33,460 bases of DNA from Promethearchaeota archaeon (lineage in GTDB: Archaea > Asgardarchaeota > Lokiarchaeia > Sigyniarchaeales > SOKP01): assembly GCA_008080735.1 (NCBI GenBank), contig SHMW01000047.1:1-33460 (forward strand). The letters are read 5' to 3'. This document shows positions 9,487 through 18,933 of the stretch, in pieces. How positions within the stretch are numbered: position 1 is the stretch's first letter; every line of letters starts with the position of its first letter. The position numbers and the translations under genes were made by a program. The notes under the pieces were generated by a model. That model was not told the origin of the DNA, did not search any database, and saw only the letters and a list, made by a program, of their open reading frames with translations.

Positions 9487-9493
9487 GTGGTGA
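9487..9493 (+). promoter_or_regulatory. Archaeal Shine-Dalgarno GTGGTGA upstream of the proposed ATA/ATT start
   Basis: GGTGA lies 6 nt before ATT at 9500. The same SD core precedes the starts at 18933, 20096 and 31653. Confidence 0.55.
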
Positions 9494-9499
9494 AGAATA

Positions 9500-10204
9500 A
9501 TTAGTAAAAAAGACGCTCCAATAGACTATGAGCTCGAGATATTACAGTGTGTAAAAAATCATCCAAGTGGAGTCACGATCACGGATATAGCAGAGATATT
9601 AGGATTTTCAAGGAACACAGTCAGTAAGTATATTAGTATGCTTGAACTGAAAAATAAAATTTACAAAAAAAAGATTGGAGCATATTCGTTGTACATTAGT
9701 TCTGAGGAAACAAATCTCCCCAAAAGTTTAATCCTATCTTATTATAAAGCCTTGCTAAAGGGACTACGAGAAAACTTCCCAAACAAAGAAGAGATTTTCA
9801 AAAAAATTGGTCGAAATCAAGCAAATTTAATTAAATTCTCTTTTAGTCCGAATATATATAAACAGCTCAAAAGTTTGAAGGGAAATCCCATTTCGAGAGT
9901 ACATTTAGAACTTTTTAAGGAATTCTACGCTGCATATGATGTATTCCAACCCAACGTGGAAATCTCTATTCTTGATGTTGATCCAAAAGGGCAGAAAGCA
10001 GTTTATCGATTTAAAAATTCTATCTTTTTAGATGATGATGATTTGTATATATATCACATATATTTGATGACGGGAATAACTCAATCCATCTTAGAACGTG
10101 AACTGGAGGAAGATGTGATCTGTAAGGTTGAAAATTATCATATCAGCGATGATAGAAAAGATTCCTATTTTGATGTTTCCATTGTAATTGGAAATAATGA
10201 TTAA
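9500..10204 (+). CDS. Winged-helix transcriptional regulator with V4R-like ligand-binding domain; true start upstream of the tracked ATG 9638
   Basis: The in-frame upstream extension ISKKDAPIDYELEILQCVKNHPSGVTITDIAEILGFSRNTVSKYISM supplies the HTH. It is bounded by TGA at 9491 and contains no ATG/GTG/TTG. The C-terminal IGRNQA...YLMTGITQSIL...CKVE resembles V4R. Confidence 0.8.
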   Translation: MSKKDAPIDYELEILQCVKNHPSGVTITDIAEILGFSRNTVSKYISMLELKNKIYKKKIGAYSLYISSEETNLPKSLILSYYKALLKGLRENFPNKEEIFKKIGRNQANLIKFSFSPNIYKQLKSLKGNPISRVHLELFKEFYAAYDVFQPNVEISILDVDPKGQKAVYRFKNSIFLDDDDLYIYHIYLMTGITQSILERELEEDVICKVENYHISDDRKDSYFDVSIVIGNND

Positions 10205-10278
10205 CAGGGAATATTTGAAAAGAAAGAAAAAAAGATAATTAAATCTGAATCAATTTTCCATGGAAGTCAAATGGAACT

Positions 10279-11337
10279 CTAAACTTTAATGGTTTTCACT
10301 GAGGTCTCCTTGAGATAATTGGGGGCTTTCTTTAGTATTTCTTTTGCTTCAGCTATTACATTTTCCATTATCGAGCCCACGGATGAGACTTCATCGATAA
10401 TACCAATGCTCTGACCGAGTAAGACCGCCCCATTTTCAATATCTCCTTCATAGGTCATCTCGTAATGTTTTTGATCCTCCATGAGCATTTCTGGAGTCAT
10501 TTGCTGTTCTTGAGACATTTTTTCATCTTTATCGCTAACTAATCCGTGACTCTCAGAATATTTATTTTTCCAAAGGCGGATAGGACCGAAGACTCCCGTA
10601 ACTAACTCGGTATCGATTGCCTTCGCCTCGGGAACGATATCTTTGTAGTTTTGATGGAATTCGCTTTCTTTAGATGCGATAAATCGCGAACCCATAGCAA
10701 CCGCATCAGCTCCCATGACAAGAGCTCCAGCGAGAGATCTACCAGTAGCGAATCCTCCGCATGCAACAATGGGAATTTCAGGATATTTATCCGCAAATTG
10801 CTGAAGAAGGACTAAGGTACTCACCTTTTCGTAAGATTGATGTCCTCCTCCTTCTGTACCAGTACATACTAAGCCATCAACTCCCGCTTTTACACATTTA
10901 TCTGCTAACCATAATGCGGGTGCGACGTGAAAATTCTGAACATCTGTTTGTTCTTTGAGTTTTTGATAAGAGCGACTTGATTGAAGCATTTTTGGTGAAC
11001 CCGCGCTGGTAATTATATACTTACATTGTTCTCTGATTTTGGGATTATTTATGATAAATTTCGGGATAACTCTACAGAGATGTGGGGCATCAGGTTGCAT
11101 ACGCGAAGTACGGATATTAAAGCCAAAAGGTTTATCCGTGTGTTCGACAACATATTCCATATTCTTCTTGAGTTCTTTTTCACTACTTTTCCCTAGTAGG
11201 TTGGTATGGCTTAATACACCCAATCCTCCTGCTTCGGATACTGCCACCGTTAATTTTGTAGTATAAAACGGTCCCATTGGTGCACTAATGATGGGATACT
11301 TAATATCAAACATTTTAGTTATTTCTGTTTCAATCAT
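10279..11337 (-). CDS. Nitronate monooxygenase / FabK-like FMN-dependent oxidoreductase
   Basis: IKYPIISAPMG, AVSEAGGLGVL, KPFGFNI, GTEGGGH, PIVACGGF, GADAVAMGSRF, GQSIG. Confidence 0.92.
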   Translation of the reverse strand: MIETEITKMFDIKYPIISAPMGPFYTTKLTVAVSEAGGLGVLSHTNLLGKSSEKELKKNMEYVVEHTDKPFGFNIRTSRMQPDAPHLCRVIPKFIINNPKIREQCKYIITSAGSPKMLQSSRSYQKLKEQTDVQNFHVAPALWLADKCVKAGVDGLVCTGTEGGGHQSYEKVSTLVLLQQFADKYPEIPIVACGGFATGRSLAGALVMGADAVAMGSRFIASKESEFHQNYKDIVPEAKAIDTELVTGVFGPIRLWKNKYSESHGLVSDKDEKMSQEQQMTPEMLMEDQKHYEMTYEGDIENGAVLLGQSIGIIDEVSSVGSIMENVIAEAKEILKKAPNYLKETSVKTIKV

Positions 11338-11377
11338 CTTTATTCATTTTAATTTTGTTTTTAGGTATTTTGGTATT

Positions 11378-13372
11378 TTAAGTTATTATCATCTCTTGTT
11401 CGTAAAAATCAGTCAATCTATTTTCCATTATTAAAAAGTCGTTATCGCTATTATATAACGCATCGATTTCTGCGCCGAAATCTCGATAAATTGCTTTTCG
11501 TTTAAATTTATAAGTGGGAGTGACGTATTTCTCATTAGTCAAAGCTTCGGAACTAATTAAAAACTTTTTAGGTCGCATATGGTCTGAGACATCCTTAGTA
11601 AGCTCATCTACCTCCTCTTTAATTAGGGCTAATATTTTATGGTTTTTAATCAAATCTGCCCAAGTTTCATAAACGATTCCTTCTTTATCCGCATAATCCT
11701 TTAAAGGTTGTTGATACGGAACAAGGATCGCGGTAAGATATTTTCTGCTATCATCTCCGACTACAAGAAATTGGGCGATAATTCTTGATGTAGGCGTAAT
11801 CAAGTTTTCGATGGCTGCGGGACTTATCATCTTTCCAGTAGCAAGTTTAATGATCAATTTTTCTCTTCCCACTATGGATACATATCCATCCTCATCAATT
11901 TCTACGACATCTCCAGTATGAAGCCATCCATCCTCGTCGAGTGCTTCGGCGGTGTGTTGTGGTTTATTCCAATACCCTTTCATCACCATCGGTCCCCTAA
12001 TTAGCAATTCATTCGTGATGGGATCAACTTTTTGCTCGATGTTTTTATAGGGATTATCGGGAATTTCTATGGGCGGTCCCACTGAACCAATCTTTTTACA
12101 TTCTTCTATTTTTTTATCAAAATTAGGCCGAAAGTCCGAATTATCTTCTGTTCGCGTGAGATGTGTTACCGGGGAAGCTTCTGTAAGTCCATAACCCTCA
12201 ATTAAGGGAATATTAATCGTATTAAAAAAGTATATGAGATCCTTTGAAATTGCGGCCGAACCACTAATCATTAGTTCCAAATTCCCCCCCAATTTATCAA
12301 TAATTCTTTTTCCAACCACTTTTCCAAGTATATTATGTTTCAATCTGCATCCAAGTGTGTTTTTTATATCATCCCGTTTATTTTCAAAATAATGTTTCCC
12401 GTTTTCAATTACGCCTTCGACCAAATTTTTAATAAAATTGGGATAGGTTGAAAGCTCTTCCAAAACAATTTCGTATATTTTCTGATAAAGGTATGGAATT
12501 CCTGCCATAATTGTAGGTTCAAAAAGTTCAAACGACGTGCGAATTGTTTCTGGATTTAATTCACTTACGATATCTAAGGTGGCGCCGACCAAGAGCGGAC
12601 AATATTCCCCCACACATCTGCCAAAAGAGTGAGAAAAGGGTAAAACCGAAAGAAACCGATGTTCCCATGGCTTTATTCCTTTCTTCAGGGTCATAGCAAC
12701 AGATACAGAAGCAAGGGCGTCAGATAGGAAGTTTTTATGGGTAAGCATAACTCCTTTCGGAACACCCGTAGTCCCCGATGTATAGATGATGCTCGCTAAA
12801 TCCTCTTCTTGAATCTCGGATAATGAATAAGAGAATGCATTGGATGAATAATAATGTTCTACTCCTAATGAAAGAAGTTCTTTAAAAGTCATGAGATGAG
12901 CATCGTTCATTGTATACCGTTTGGGATCAAATATTATGATAACCTTCAAGTTGGGAACTTCGTGTATAATTGCCTTTACTTTTTCCAGATTTTCTCGAGT
13001 ATCAACAAAAATCGCTTTACATCCCGCATCATTTACGATATATTTAATCTCTTCTGGCTTGAGGGAAGGATACAACGCAACAGTAATGGCTCCCAAAGAT
13101 TGAATCCCGATATCCGCTAAAATCCACTCCGTTCTATTTTCCGAGCAGATTCCAATTCTGTCTCCTTTTTTAAATCCCATCTGTTTCAGAGAATAGAATA
13201 CCGCTTTTAAAGAGTCGACTAGCTCATCATAAGAGATCGATTCTACCGTACTGTCTGCTTTTCTAATCCATCGGATTGCAGGTTTTTTATAATATCTATT
13301 TTTCGATGCAACAATCATTTCGGGAAGATTATTAAAGCGAGTTTTTGGTAGGTATTTATTTTCTTTCGTCAT
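11378..13372 (-). CDS. fadD: Long-chain fatty acid--CoA ligase (AMP-forming)
   Basis: YTSGTTGVPKGV, LPFSHSF, EGYGLTE, GWLHTGD, GREK, TPTYKFKR. Confidence 0.92.
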   Translation of the reverse strand: MTKENKYLPKTRFNNLPEMIVASKNRYYKKPAIRWIRKADSTVESISYDELVDSLKAVFYSLKQMGFKKGDRIGICSENRTEWILADIGIQSLGAITVALYPSLKPEEIKYIVNDAGCKAIFVDTRENLEKVKAIIHEVPNLKVIIIFDPKRYTMNDAHLMTFKELLSLGVEHYYSSNAFSYSLSEIQEEDLASIIYTSGTTGVPKGVMLTHKNFLSDALASVSVAMTLKKGIKPWEHRFLSVLPFSHSFGRCVGEYCPLLVGATLDIVSELNPETIRTSFELFEPTIMAGIPYLYQKIYEIVLEELSTYPNFIKNLVEGVIENGKHYFENKRDDIKNTLGCRLKHNILGKVVGKRIIDKLGGNLELMISGSAAISKDLIYFFNTINIPLIEGYGLTEASPVTHLTRTEDNSDFRPNFDKKIEECKKIGSVGPPIEIPDNPYKNIEQKVDPITNELLIRGPMVMKGYWNKPQHTAEALDEDGWLHTGDVVEIDEDGYVSIVGREKLIIKLATGKMISPAAIENLITPTSRIIAQFLVVGDDSRKYLTAILVPYQQPLKDYADKEGIVYETWADLIKNHKILALIKEEVDELTKDVSDHMRPKKFLISSEALTNEKYVTPTYKFKRKAIYRDFGAEIDALYNSDNDFLIMENRLTDFYEQEMIIT

Positions 13373-13563
13373 TTTTTTTTGGAAGTTGAGTTATTCTTTT
13401 TAATTGACTGATACTTATCGATGATCTATAGTGATCAATCATAATATATTTATTATCTTTTCTGATTTATAAAGCTTCTGGTTTTCAATCAGATTAAAGA
13501 AATATAACTAATAATTAAAAGAAAATTTTAAAAAATAGAATTTAAAAAAAATGGTTGATAAAA

Positions 13564-16539
13564 TCATTCTTTTGGTTCATTTAGTTTCTGTGATTTAGGT
13601 TTCTGGAGATTATTTCCAAGTTTATTATTAAGATTTTGGATAGACTTTCCCATTTCTTTCTTTGATTTGGGTAGAATCAATTTTTTCTTCTTTCTTTTTA
13701 CCAGGTAATTTCGACTGAGTCCTGTCGATCCTAATCCTATAGCAACTCCTCCAATGGCCACCCCACCAATTTGAATCGTATTCGCAAGGGATATCGAATC
13801 CATTGGGAGGCCATACTGATATTCTGCCAGAGATGGCATTACGTTTTGCTGAAATTCGGGTATCCATTTTAGAATACACTCCATGCAATGATCATCTAAT
13901 CCATTCGCACTCTTAACTTCATCGTAAGCATTCATATCACCATCGATGGCAGCAAACCACCTTTCCAAACCCTCTTTTGAGACCAATGAATTGGGACTAG
14001 AAGTATTCCACAGAGCTAATGCAGACCCTAAACACATATTCGTAGGTTCGGGAATTCCCACTTCAAATCCATAGATCTCCTTATCGCCCAAAGGAAGCGG
14101 AAATCCATTAGGATACATCTCTTCACCCATTACTGATCCATTCGCCCACTGTTCTAATAGAATTTGGAAGCAGAAGTCCTCCATAGGTACTCCATATCCC
14201 ATTTCACTTTCTATAAGGATTGGTACTAGATAGTCGCTGAAGCACCCCTCACCCCAAAGCCATTGGAGTATTAAGTCAATTTGGGCTGATGTTAAATTAA
14301 ATTCGTTCATGATGAGTTGTTTTGTTTCATTATATTCATTTGCTTCGACCCATTTAGGGATTCCTTCAAACATATTTAATAGAGATAAATTATTCTCCGG
14401 ATTCCATAAAGCATCACACTGTTCAAAGGTGAGATTCAGCGGTACTGGTATTCCTGCTTCTAATCCTGTAGTACCCGCTACTATTCCGTCGACCATCGTA
14501 CTAAAATCTATGCCATTAGGATAAAGATCCATCCCTAAAGCAGTTCCGTTTGACCATTGTTCATAAAGCACTTTTAACGCAAGCTCGCTTACTGTTGAAC
14601 TATATCCATAAGGTTCAGGAGCTTGGGTCAGCAATGGAAATAATCCATAACTAAATCCATTCGGTGCCCAGAGCCACTCTAATATTAAATCAATTGTATC
14701 ATTATTAAGAAATGGAAATTCTCCAATTAAATCCTCCTTGGGAGCGTCTGATGAATTTGCTTCATACCATAACAATATTCCATCCATATTTGTGAGGGAA
14801 TAATTTGATTCTTGATTCCATAGTTCCTCACATTGGTCATATGTCAAATTAAGTGGTATAACCACACCTGGTTCTAATCCTGTAGTATCTGGATCCATTC
14901 CATCAATGATTGTGCTGAAATCTATTCCTTGAGGATATAAATCCATACCAAGAACAGTTCCGTTTGCCCATTGTTCAAAAAGTATTTGTTTACAGAATGA
15001 ATCCATAGTGACATCATACCAGCTGGTAAGAAGTGTGGGCAGAGTTGTCGTATAAAAGGCACCTTGGTTCCATCCTCCGCCATTTCCCCATAGCCAGTCG
15101 AGTATCAAATCCATATCTGTGGAATCGAACCCACTACTACCATATAGACTTTGCTCATAGTCATATCCATCAAATTCGGTGAAAAAGTTCAGTAATTCAT
15201 TATATATGCTCTGGTTAAAGGAATCATGAGCAAAATATGCATTATACCATTTTTGAATTCCGTTTTCAATATTCAAGAAAGAATATTCACTTGATTCATC
15301 CCATAATCGAAATGTGGCTTCCATAGGTATTCCCGAATCTGTATCTGGACCACCTGGTTCTAATCCTCTTGTATTGGTAGGTATACTATCTTCATAGACC
15401 GAAAAATCTACTCCGTCATCATAGCTTAGACATTTTGCCCATTGTTCGTAAAAACTGTAGAGTTTGAGTTCATCATAAGAAATTTCACCTTCATTCCAAT
15501 CCCGTGGGCGATATTGTGGCATATCAGTCCATAAGGCTGTACCTTCTGTATTAAAATCGTTTATAAACAGATCGATTACATCAGAAACGAAATAATCGTT
15601 ATAATAATTATAAAGAATACGCAATTTATGATTACCATCCACATAATAATCTCCATCACTCGTCTCGAGACCATATCCATCGGCCATTTCATTTAATAGT
15701 GTATCGCTAGCATTTTCAATTAAACTCATTAACTCAAGGATACCAAATCCTCGATCTTGGTTTGTATCTACGTCTGCACCTTCGGGCCAATTAGGATTTT
15801 CTGTTCTAACTAGGGTGTCCTCAAAAACACCAGGAAGACGATTACCCCACCATCCCTCTACGTCTACACCATATTTTAAACGATTAACTCCATAATCCTC
15901 TGTAGGATCTGGTGCGCTCAAACGGTTTATCCCAAAATTCAAATCCTCGCCATACCATTCAGATATTCCATATATTTCGGGATAATCTTTTTTTGTTATT
16001 TCGCTATGAAATTGAACATACAAAATAATAACCCATATTCCAACCTCATCCCAATATATATCTTCAGCCACGTCATCTCCAATACCCGGGAGTCCAGTTT
16101 GCCCCAACATTTGCTCTATTTCATATATAAGATTCATCCATATAGTCGCATTTACGAGAGGTCCAGAAGCTTCGAGTGCTTGTTCTCGAATCAAATCCAG
16201 AGCAATCGCAGGTCCCATCTGAAGAATCATCTCCTCAATCGCATCTGGAGCGATATCCTCTATAGTTGAAAGCGCAATTGCAGGTCCCATCTGATGAATA
16301 AGATCCTCAATCGCGAGAGTTCCAACATTTTTAATTTGACTTAGCGCTTCACCACTTCCATATTGTTTTATCATTGGTTCAACCAACGGGACACCCTCTT
16401 CTTTGATACCTAAGAGTCCCTCATCAACGGAGCTGTAAGTCAAATCGGTTATGAGATTATCTAAGAGGATCCCTCCTGGTAAAGCAACTCCACCGAGAAC
16501 CAAACACATAATTGACGCTACTGCTACTTTCTTCGACAT
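13564..16539 (-). CDS. Large acidic surface protein with N- and C-terminal TM helices and internal repeats
   Basis: Likely start ATG 16539 (MSKKVAVASIMCLVLGGVAL). C-terminal TM IQIGGVAIGGVAIGLGSTGL followed by KRKKKK. Four EQW(A/S) repeats. Confidence 0.85.
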   Translation of the reverse strand: MSKKVAVASIMCLVLGGVALPGGILLDNLITDLTYSSVDEGLLGIKEEGVPLVEPMIKQYGSGEALSQIKNVGTLAIEDLIHQMGPAIALSTIEDIAPDAIEEMILQMGPAIALDLIREQALEASGPLVNATIWMNLIYEIEQMLGQTGLPGIGDDVAEDIYWDEVGIWVIILYVQFHSEITKKDYPEIYGISEWYGEDLNFGINRLSAPDPTEDYGVNRLKYGVDVEGWWGNRLPGVFEDTLVRTENPNWPEGADVDTNQDRGFGILELMSLIENASDTLLNEMADGYGLETSDGDYYVDGNHKLRILYNYYNDYFVSDVIDLFINDFNTEGTALWTDMPQYRPRDWNEGEISYDELKLYSFYEQWAKCLSYDDGVDFSVYEDSIPTNTRGLEPGGPDTDSGIPMEATFRLWDESSEYSFLNIENGIQKWYNAYFAHDSFNQSIYNELLNFFTEFDGYDYEQSLYGSSGFDSTDMDLILDWLWGNGGGWNQGAFYTTTLPTLLTSWYDVTMDSFCKQILFEQWANGTVLGMDLYPQGIDFSTIIDGMDPDTTGLEPGVVIPLNLTYDQCEELWNQESNYSLTNMDGILLWYEANSSDAPKEDLIGEFPFLNNDTIDLILEWLWAPNGFSYGLFPLLTQAPEPYGYSSTVSELALKVLYEQWSNGTALGMDLYPNGIDFSTMVDGIVAGTTGLEAGIPVPLNLTFEQCDALWNPENNLSLLNMFEGIPKWVEANEYNETKQLIMNEFNLTSAQIDLILQWLWGEGCFSDYLVPILIESEMGYGVPMEDFCFQILLEQWANGSVMGEEMYPNGFPLPLGDKEIYGFEVGIPEPTNMCLGSALALWNTSSPNSLVSKEGLERWFAAIDGDMNAYDEVKSANGLDDHCMECILKWIPEFQQNVMPSLAEYQYGLPMDSISLANTIQIGGVAIGGVAIGLGSTGLSRNYLVKRKKKKLILPKSKKEMGKSIQNLNNKLGNNLQKPKSQKLNEPKE
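13850..15480 (-). repeat. Four ~136-157-aa intragenic repeats (EQWANG...YP.G.DFS...GLE.G...LW...SL...GI..W...DLIL.WLW)
   Basis: Conserved Trp codons at 15439, 14968, 14554 and 14146 (spacings 471, 414 and 408 nt). Confidence 0.9.
16200..16390 (-). repeat. 72-nt/24-aa tandem repeat (AIE..I.QMGPAIAL) x2 plus a degenerate third copy
   Basis: GCAAT(C/T)GCAGGTCCCATCTGA occurs at 16202 and 16274. Confidence 0.85.
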
Positions 16540-16759
16540 TTTATATATATCTTTCCTTTTTTTTATTAAAATATTGCGATCATCATTACTGATCACAAGC
16601 ATCTATAACTATCTATTTGGTTTTTCATATATATAAATCTTATCTTATCTGGAGTATATCTTGAAATAATTATTAGATATAATAGAAAAAGTAAACAAAC
16701 AAACTTATAAAAATGTAGCTTTAAAACCAGTTTGTAAGAAAGATTATATCTAAAAACAG

Positions 16760-17812
16760 CTATTCAATTCCTAAGTACTCTTTAACTTGTTTTCTAACCA
16801 TATTTGTGGCGATATTAATTACACCGCTTTTGACCTTTGGGTTGGAGAAAATTATCAAGAGCATTTTACTAAGATTTGGGTTTTGTGAATCAATTGGCGC
16901 AAGGTCGAGCACACCTTCAGTCCCTCTCACAGAGATCGACTGTAGAGAGCCAGCGCTCAACCCTTCAATTATATCCGAACCCATCATCGAAAGATTCTGT
17001 CCTATGGTTGCGAATAACGTATCGGAAATCCGATCTGAAATCGCAGATGCTAAGATAGTTCCGTCTCTGTTAATAAGAGCCGAGGCCTCCACTTGAATAT
17101 CGATATTTAATAATTGTTTTAATATTTCATTTAAACTTTCAGGTTTAAGCTCTTTCTCCTCCAATTGAATTTCTTTAGAAGCTGGTTTAGTGTCTTGAGC
17201 TTTATGTTTTGATTGTGGAGCCTGAAGTTTTTCCGAAAGGAATCCAAGAACATCTCTCATATCTTTTTCGAGCTGTTTTTGTCTTCCTTGGATTTGGTTT
17301 GAGGGAGGCCTCTGAGTTTCTGGTTGCTGGGATGGTGCTTGTTGAGTCCGATTTCCTGCCAATGGGTGGGGTTGGGGGCGTGATGATCGTTCGATGGGAT
17401 CTGATGCAAACATTGAGCCATCAAATGGGCTAGGATCAATTTCTTGGAGATATTCCCGTCGAGCTTTGTGCGAAGCCTCGGACTCTGCTTTTTCTTTAGT
17501 TTGCGTTTCATAGGATTGCTCATCCATTGGTATTTCTTGAAGTTCTATGTTGTTTTTATTGTCTGAAGAAGAGTTGTCGGAATTGAAAAATCTTACTTCC
17601 GCAGGCGCATGATTACTTGTTTGAGGGGATCTGGGCTGGGGAGTACGTTTTTTTTCTTTTTTCTTTGTATCTGCATCTTTTTCCTTTTCTTTATTTCCAA
17701 AAGGCACCCGTAATCTGGGGGGTTTGGTAGACACAGGAAGCAAAGCTCCGCATTTCCGACATACCTTCGTATTTTCATCGTTCGTGGAACCGCAATTAGG
17801 GCAAATAATCAT
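16760..17812 (-). CDS. Zinc-ribbon + long disordered linker + roadblock/LC7 (MglB/LAMTOR-like) protein
   Basis: CPNC...CRKC at the N-terminus; P/Q/S-rich linker; C-terminal LNEILKQL...VEASALINRDGTILAS...G.LQSISVRGTEG...LLIIFS...GVI is a roadblock signature. Confidence 0.88.
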   Translation of the reverse strand: MIICPNCGSTNDENTKVCRKCGALLPVSTKPPRLRVPFGNKEKEKDADTKKKEKKRTPQPRSPQTSNHAPAEVRFFNSDNSSSDNKNNIELQEIPMDEQSYETQTKEKAESEASHKARREYLQEIDPSPFDGSMFASDPIERSSRPQPHPLAGNRTQQAPSQQPETQRPPSNQIQGRQKQLEKDMRDVLGFLSEKLQAPQSKHKAQDTKPASKEIQLEEKELKPESLNEILKQLLNIDIQVEASALINRDGTILASAISDRISDTLFATIGQNLSMMGSDIIEGLSAGSLQSISVRGTEGVLDLAPIDSQNPNLSKMLLIIFSNPKVKSGVINIATNMVRKQVKEYLGIE

Positions 17813-17985
17813 TTTCTTTTTTTCTTAGAGAACTTTTTTTAATAACAAATAATGATAATGCAGAGATAATGCTTTCTATGCTATTTAAAAAACTCACCAA
17901 CTATCTCAAGAAATATATAAAACTCCAGATATAAATTCATTACTATTGATTTAAAAAAAACTTTATAAAGAAATTGTCGGTGAGT

Positions 17986-18933
17986 TTATTTATATAAAAT
18001 TTGTTTCAAAATATTTGTAAAGCTTTCGATATCTTCCTTCTGATAATTTGGTTCATCTTTAACCAATAGTAGATAATAAGGTGGTACATCATCTTTCAGA
18101 GAAATTTGTGTAAAGATGAAATATTTTTTATAGCGCTGAACCAAGACGCTTGTATCCGATTTATTGAATAGTCCACCTCTCTCCTCAGCTGCCCTGAAAC
18201 TATCATTAAGTGTTAGGAAATAGGGCGTGGATGAATTTAGAATCTCTTTTATCTCATCATTTTTGAAATAACTTCCAATTTGAAGTGAATTATCATCAAT
18301 CACCACCACTCCATCAGATTTAACTTTATTGGCAAATTGCGCTATGGTTTTCTCAATTAATTCGGATTTACTATATAAGGTGAGAAGGATTTCTGACATT
18401 GCTTTGATAATGGAGGGGAGATCGTATATCGAAGTATTATAAAAATAGAGTCGCTTATAATCTGCTTCACTTTTTATATCCTCCTTCAGGTTAATTGTTA
18501 AATTAGAATATTCATTATATGCGCTCCTTTCTAAGACCGGGTCAAATTTATGGAAAAAGATATATATGGGTGGTTCGGCTTCCAGCTCTTCGAATTGTGC
18601 GATTACATCTTTTAAATAATCAATTGCTTCTGGGATTCTCTTTTTATCTTGGATATCGATAACATAGATAGCTATTTCAGTATTTTCAAAATATTTACCC
18701 GGATTCTTTAAATACGCGATTCGATATGATTTCTGGCCTCCTAAATCCCATTCTGAAACAGCTTTTCCTAAAAACTCGAAAACCCTTCTTTGTGCTCCTC
18801 GTGTTGGAGACAAAATCGCTATCTTTGAGAATTCTCTCTTAAGCGCTAAAATAATCGATGTTTTCCCTGCTCCATCAAGTCCGGTAAATAAAATCTTCGA
18901 TGCCTCTGGATCCTCCTCTTTTAAATATTCCAT
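17986..18933 (-). CDS. Rag/Gtr-like small GTPase with C-terminal roadblock domain (paralog B)
   Basis: GLDGAGKT, SPTRG, WDLGGQ, Rag-type G4 HKFD and G5 TSIYD...KAMS. C-terminal GVVVIDDNSLQIGS. SD AAGGTGA upstream. Confidence 0.88.
   Translation of the reverse strand: MEYLKEEDPEASKILFTGLDGAGKTSIILALKREFSKIAILSPTRGAQRRVFEFLGKAVSEWDLGGQKSYRIAYLKNPGKYFENTEIAIYVIDIQDKKRIPEAIDYLKDVIAQFEELEAEPPIYIFFHKFDPVLERSAYNEYSNLTINLKEDIKSEADYKRLYFYNTSIYDLPSIIKAMSEILLTLYSKSELIEKTIAQFANKVKSDGVVVIDDNSLQIGSYFKNDEIKEILNSSTPYFLTLNDSFRAAEERGGLFNKSDTSVLVQRYKKYFIFTQISLKDDVPPYYLLLVKDEPNYQKEDIESFTNILKQILYK

Noticed and set aside
9467-9493. Selenocysteine/TGA readthrough from in-frame ATG 9467
   Set aside because: Needs two TGA readthroughs in a non-redox context, and no SECIS was recognised. 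The SD + ATT start is simpler.
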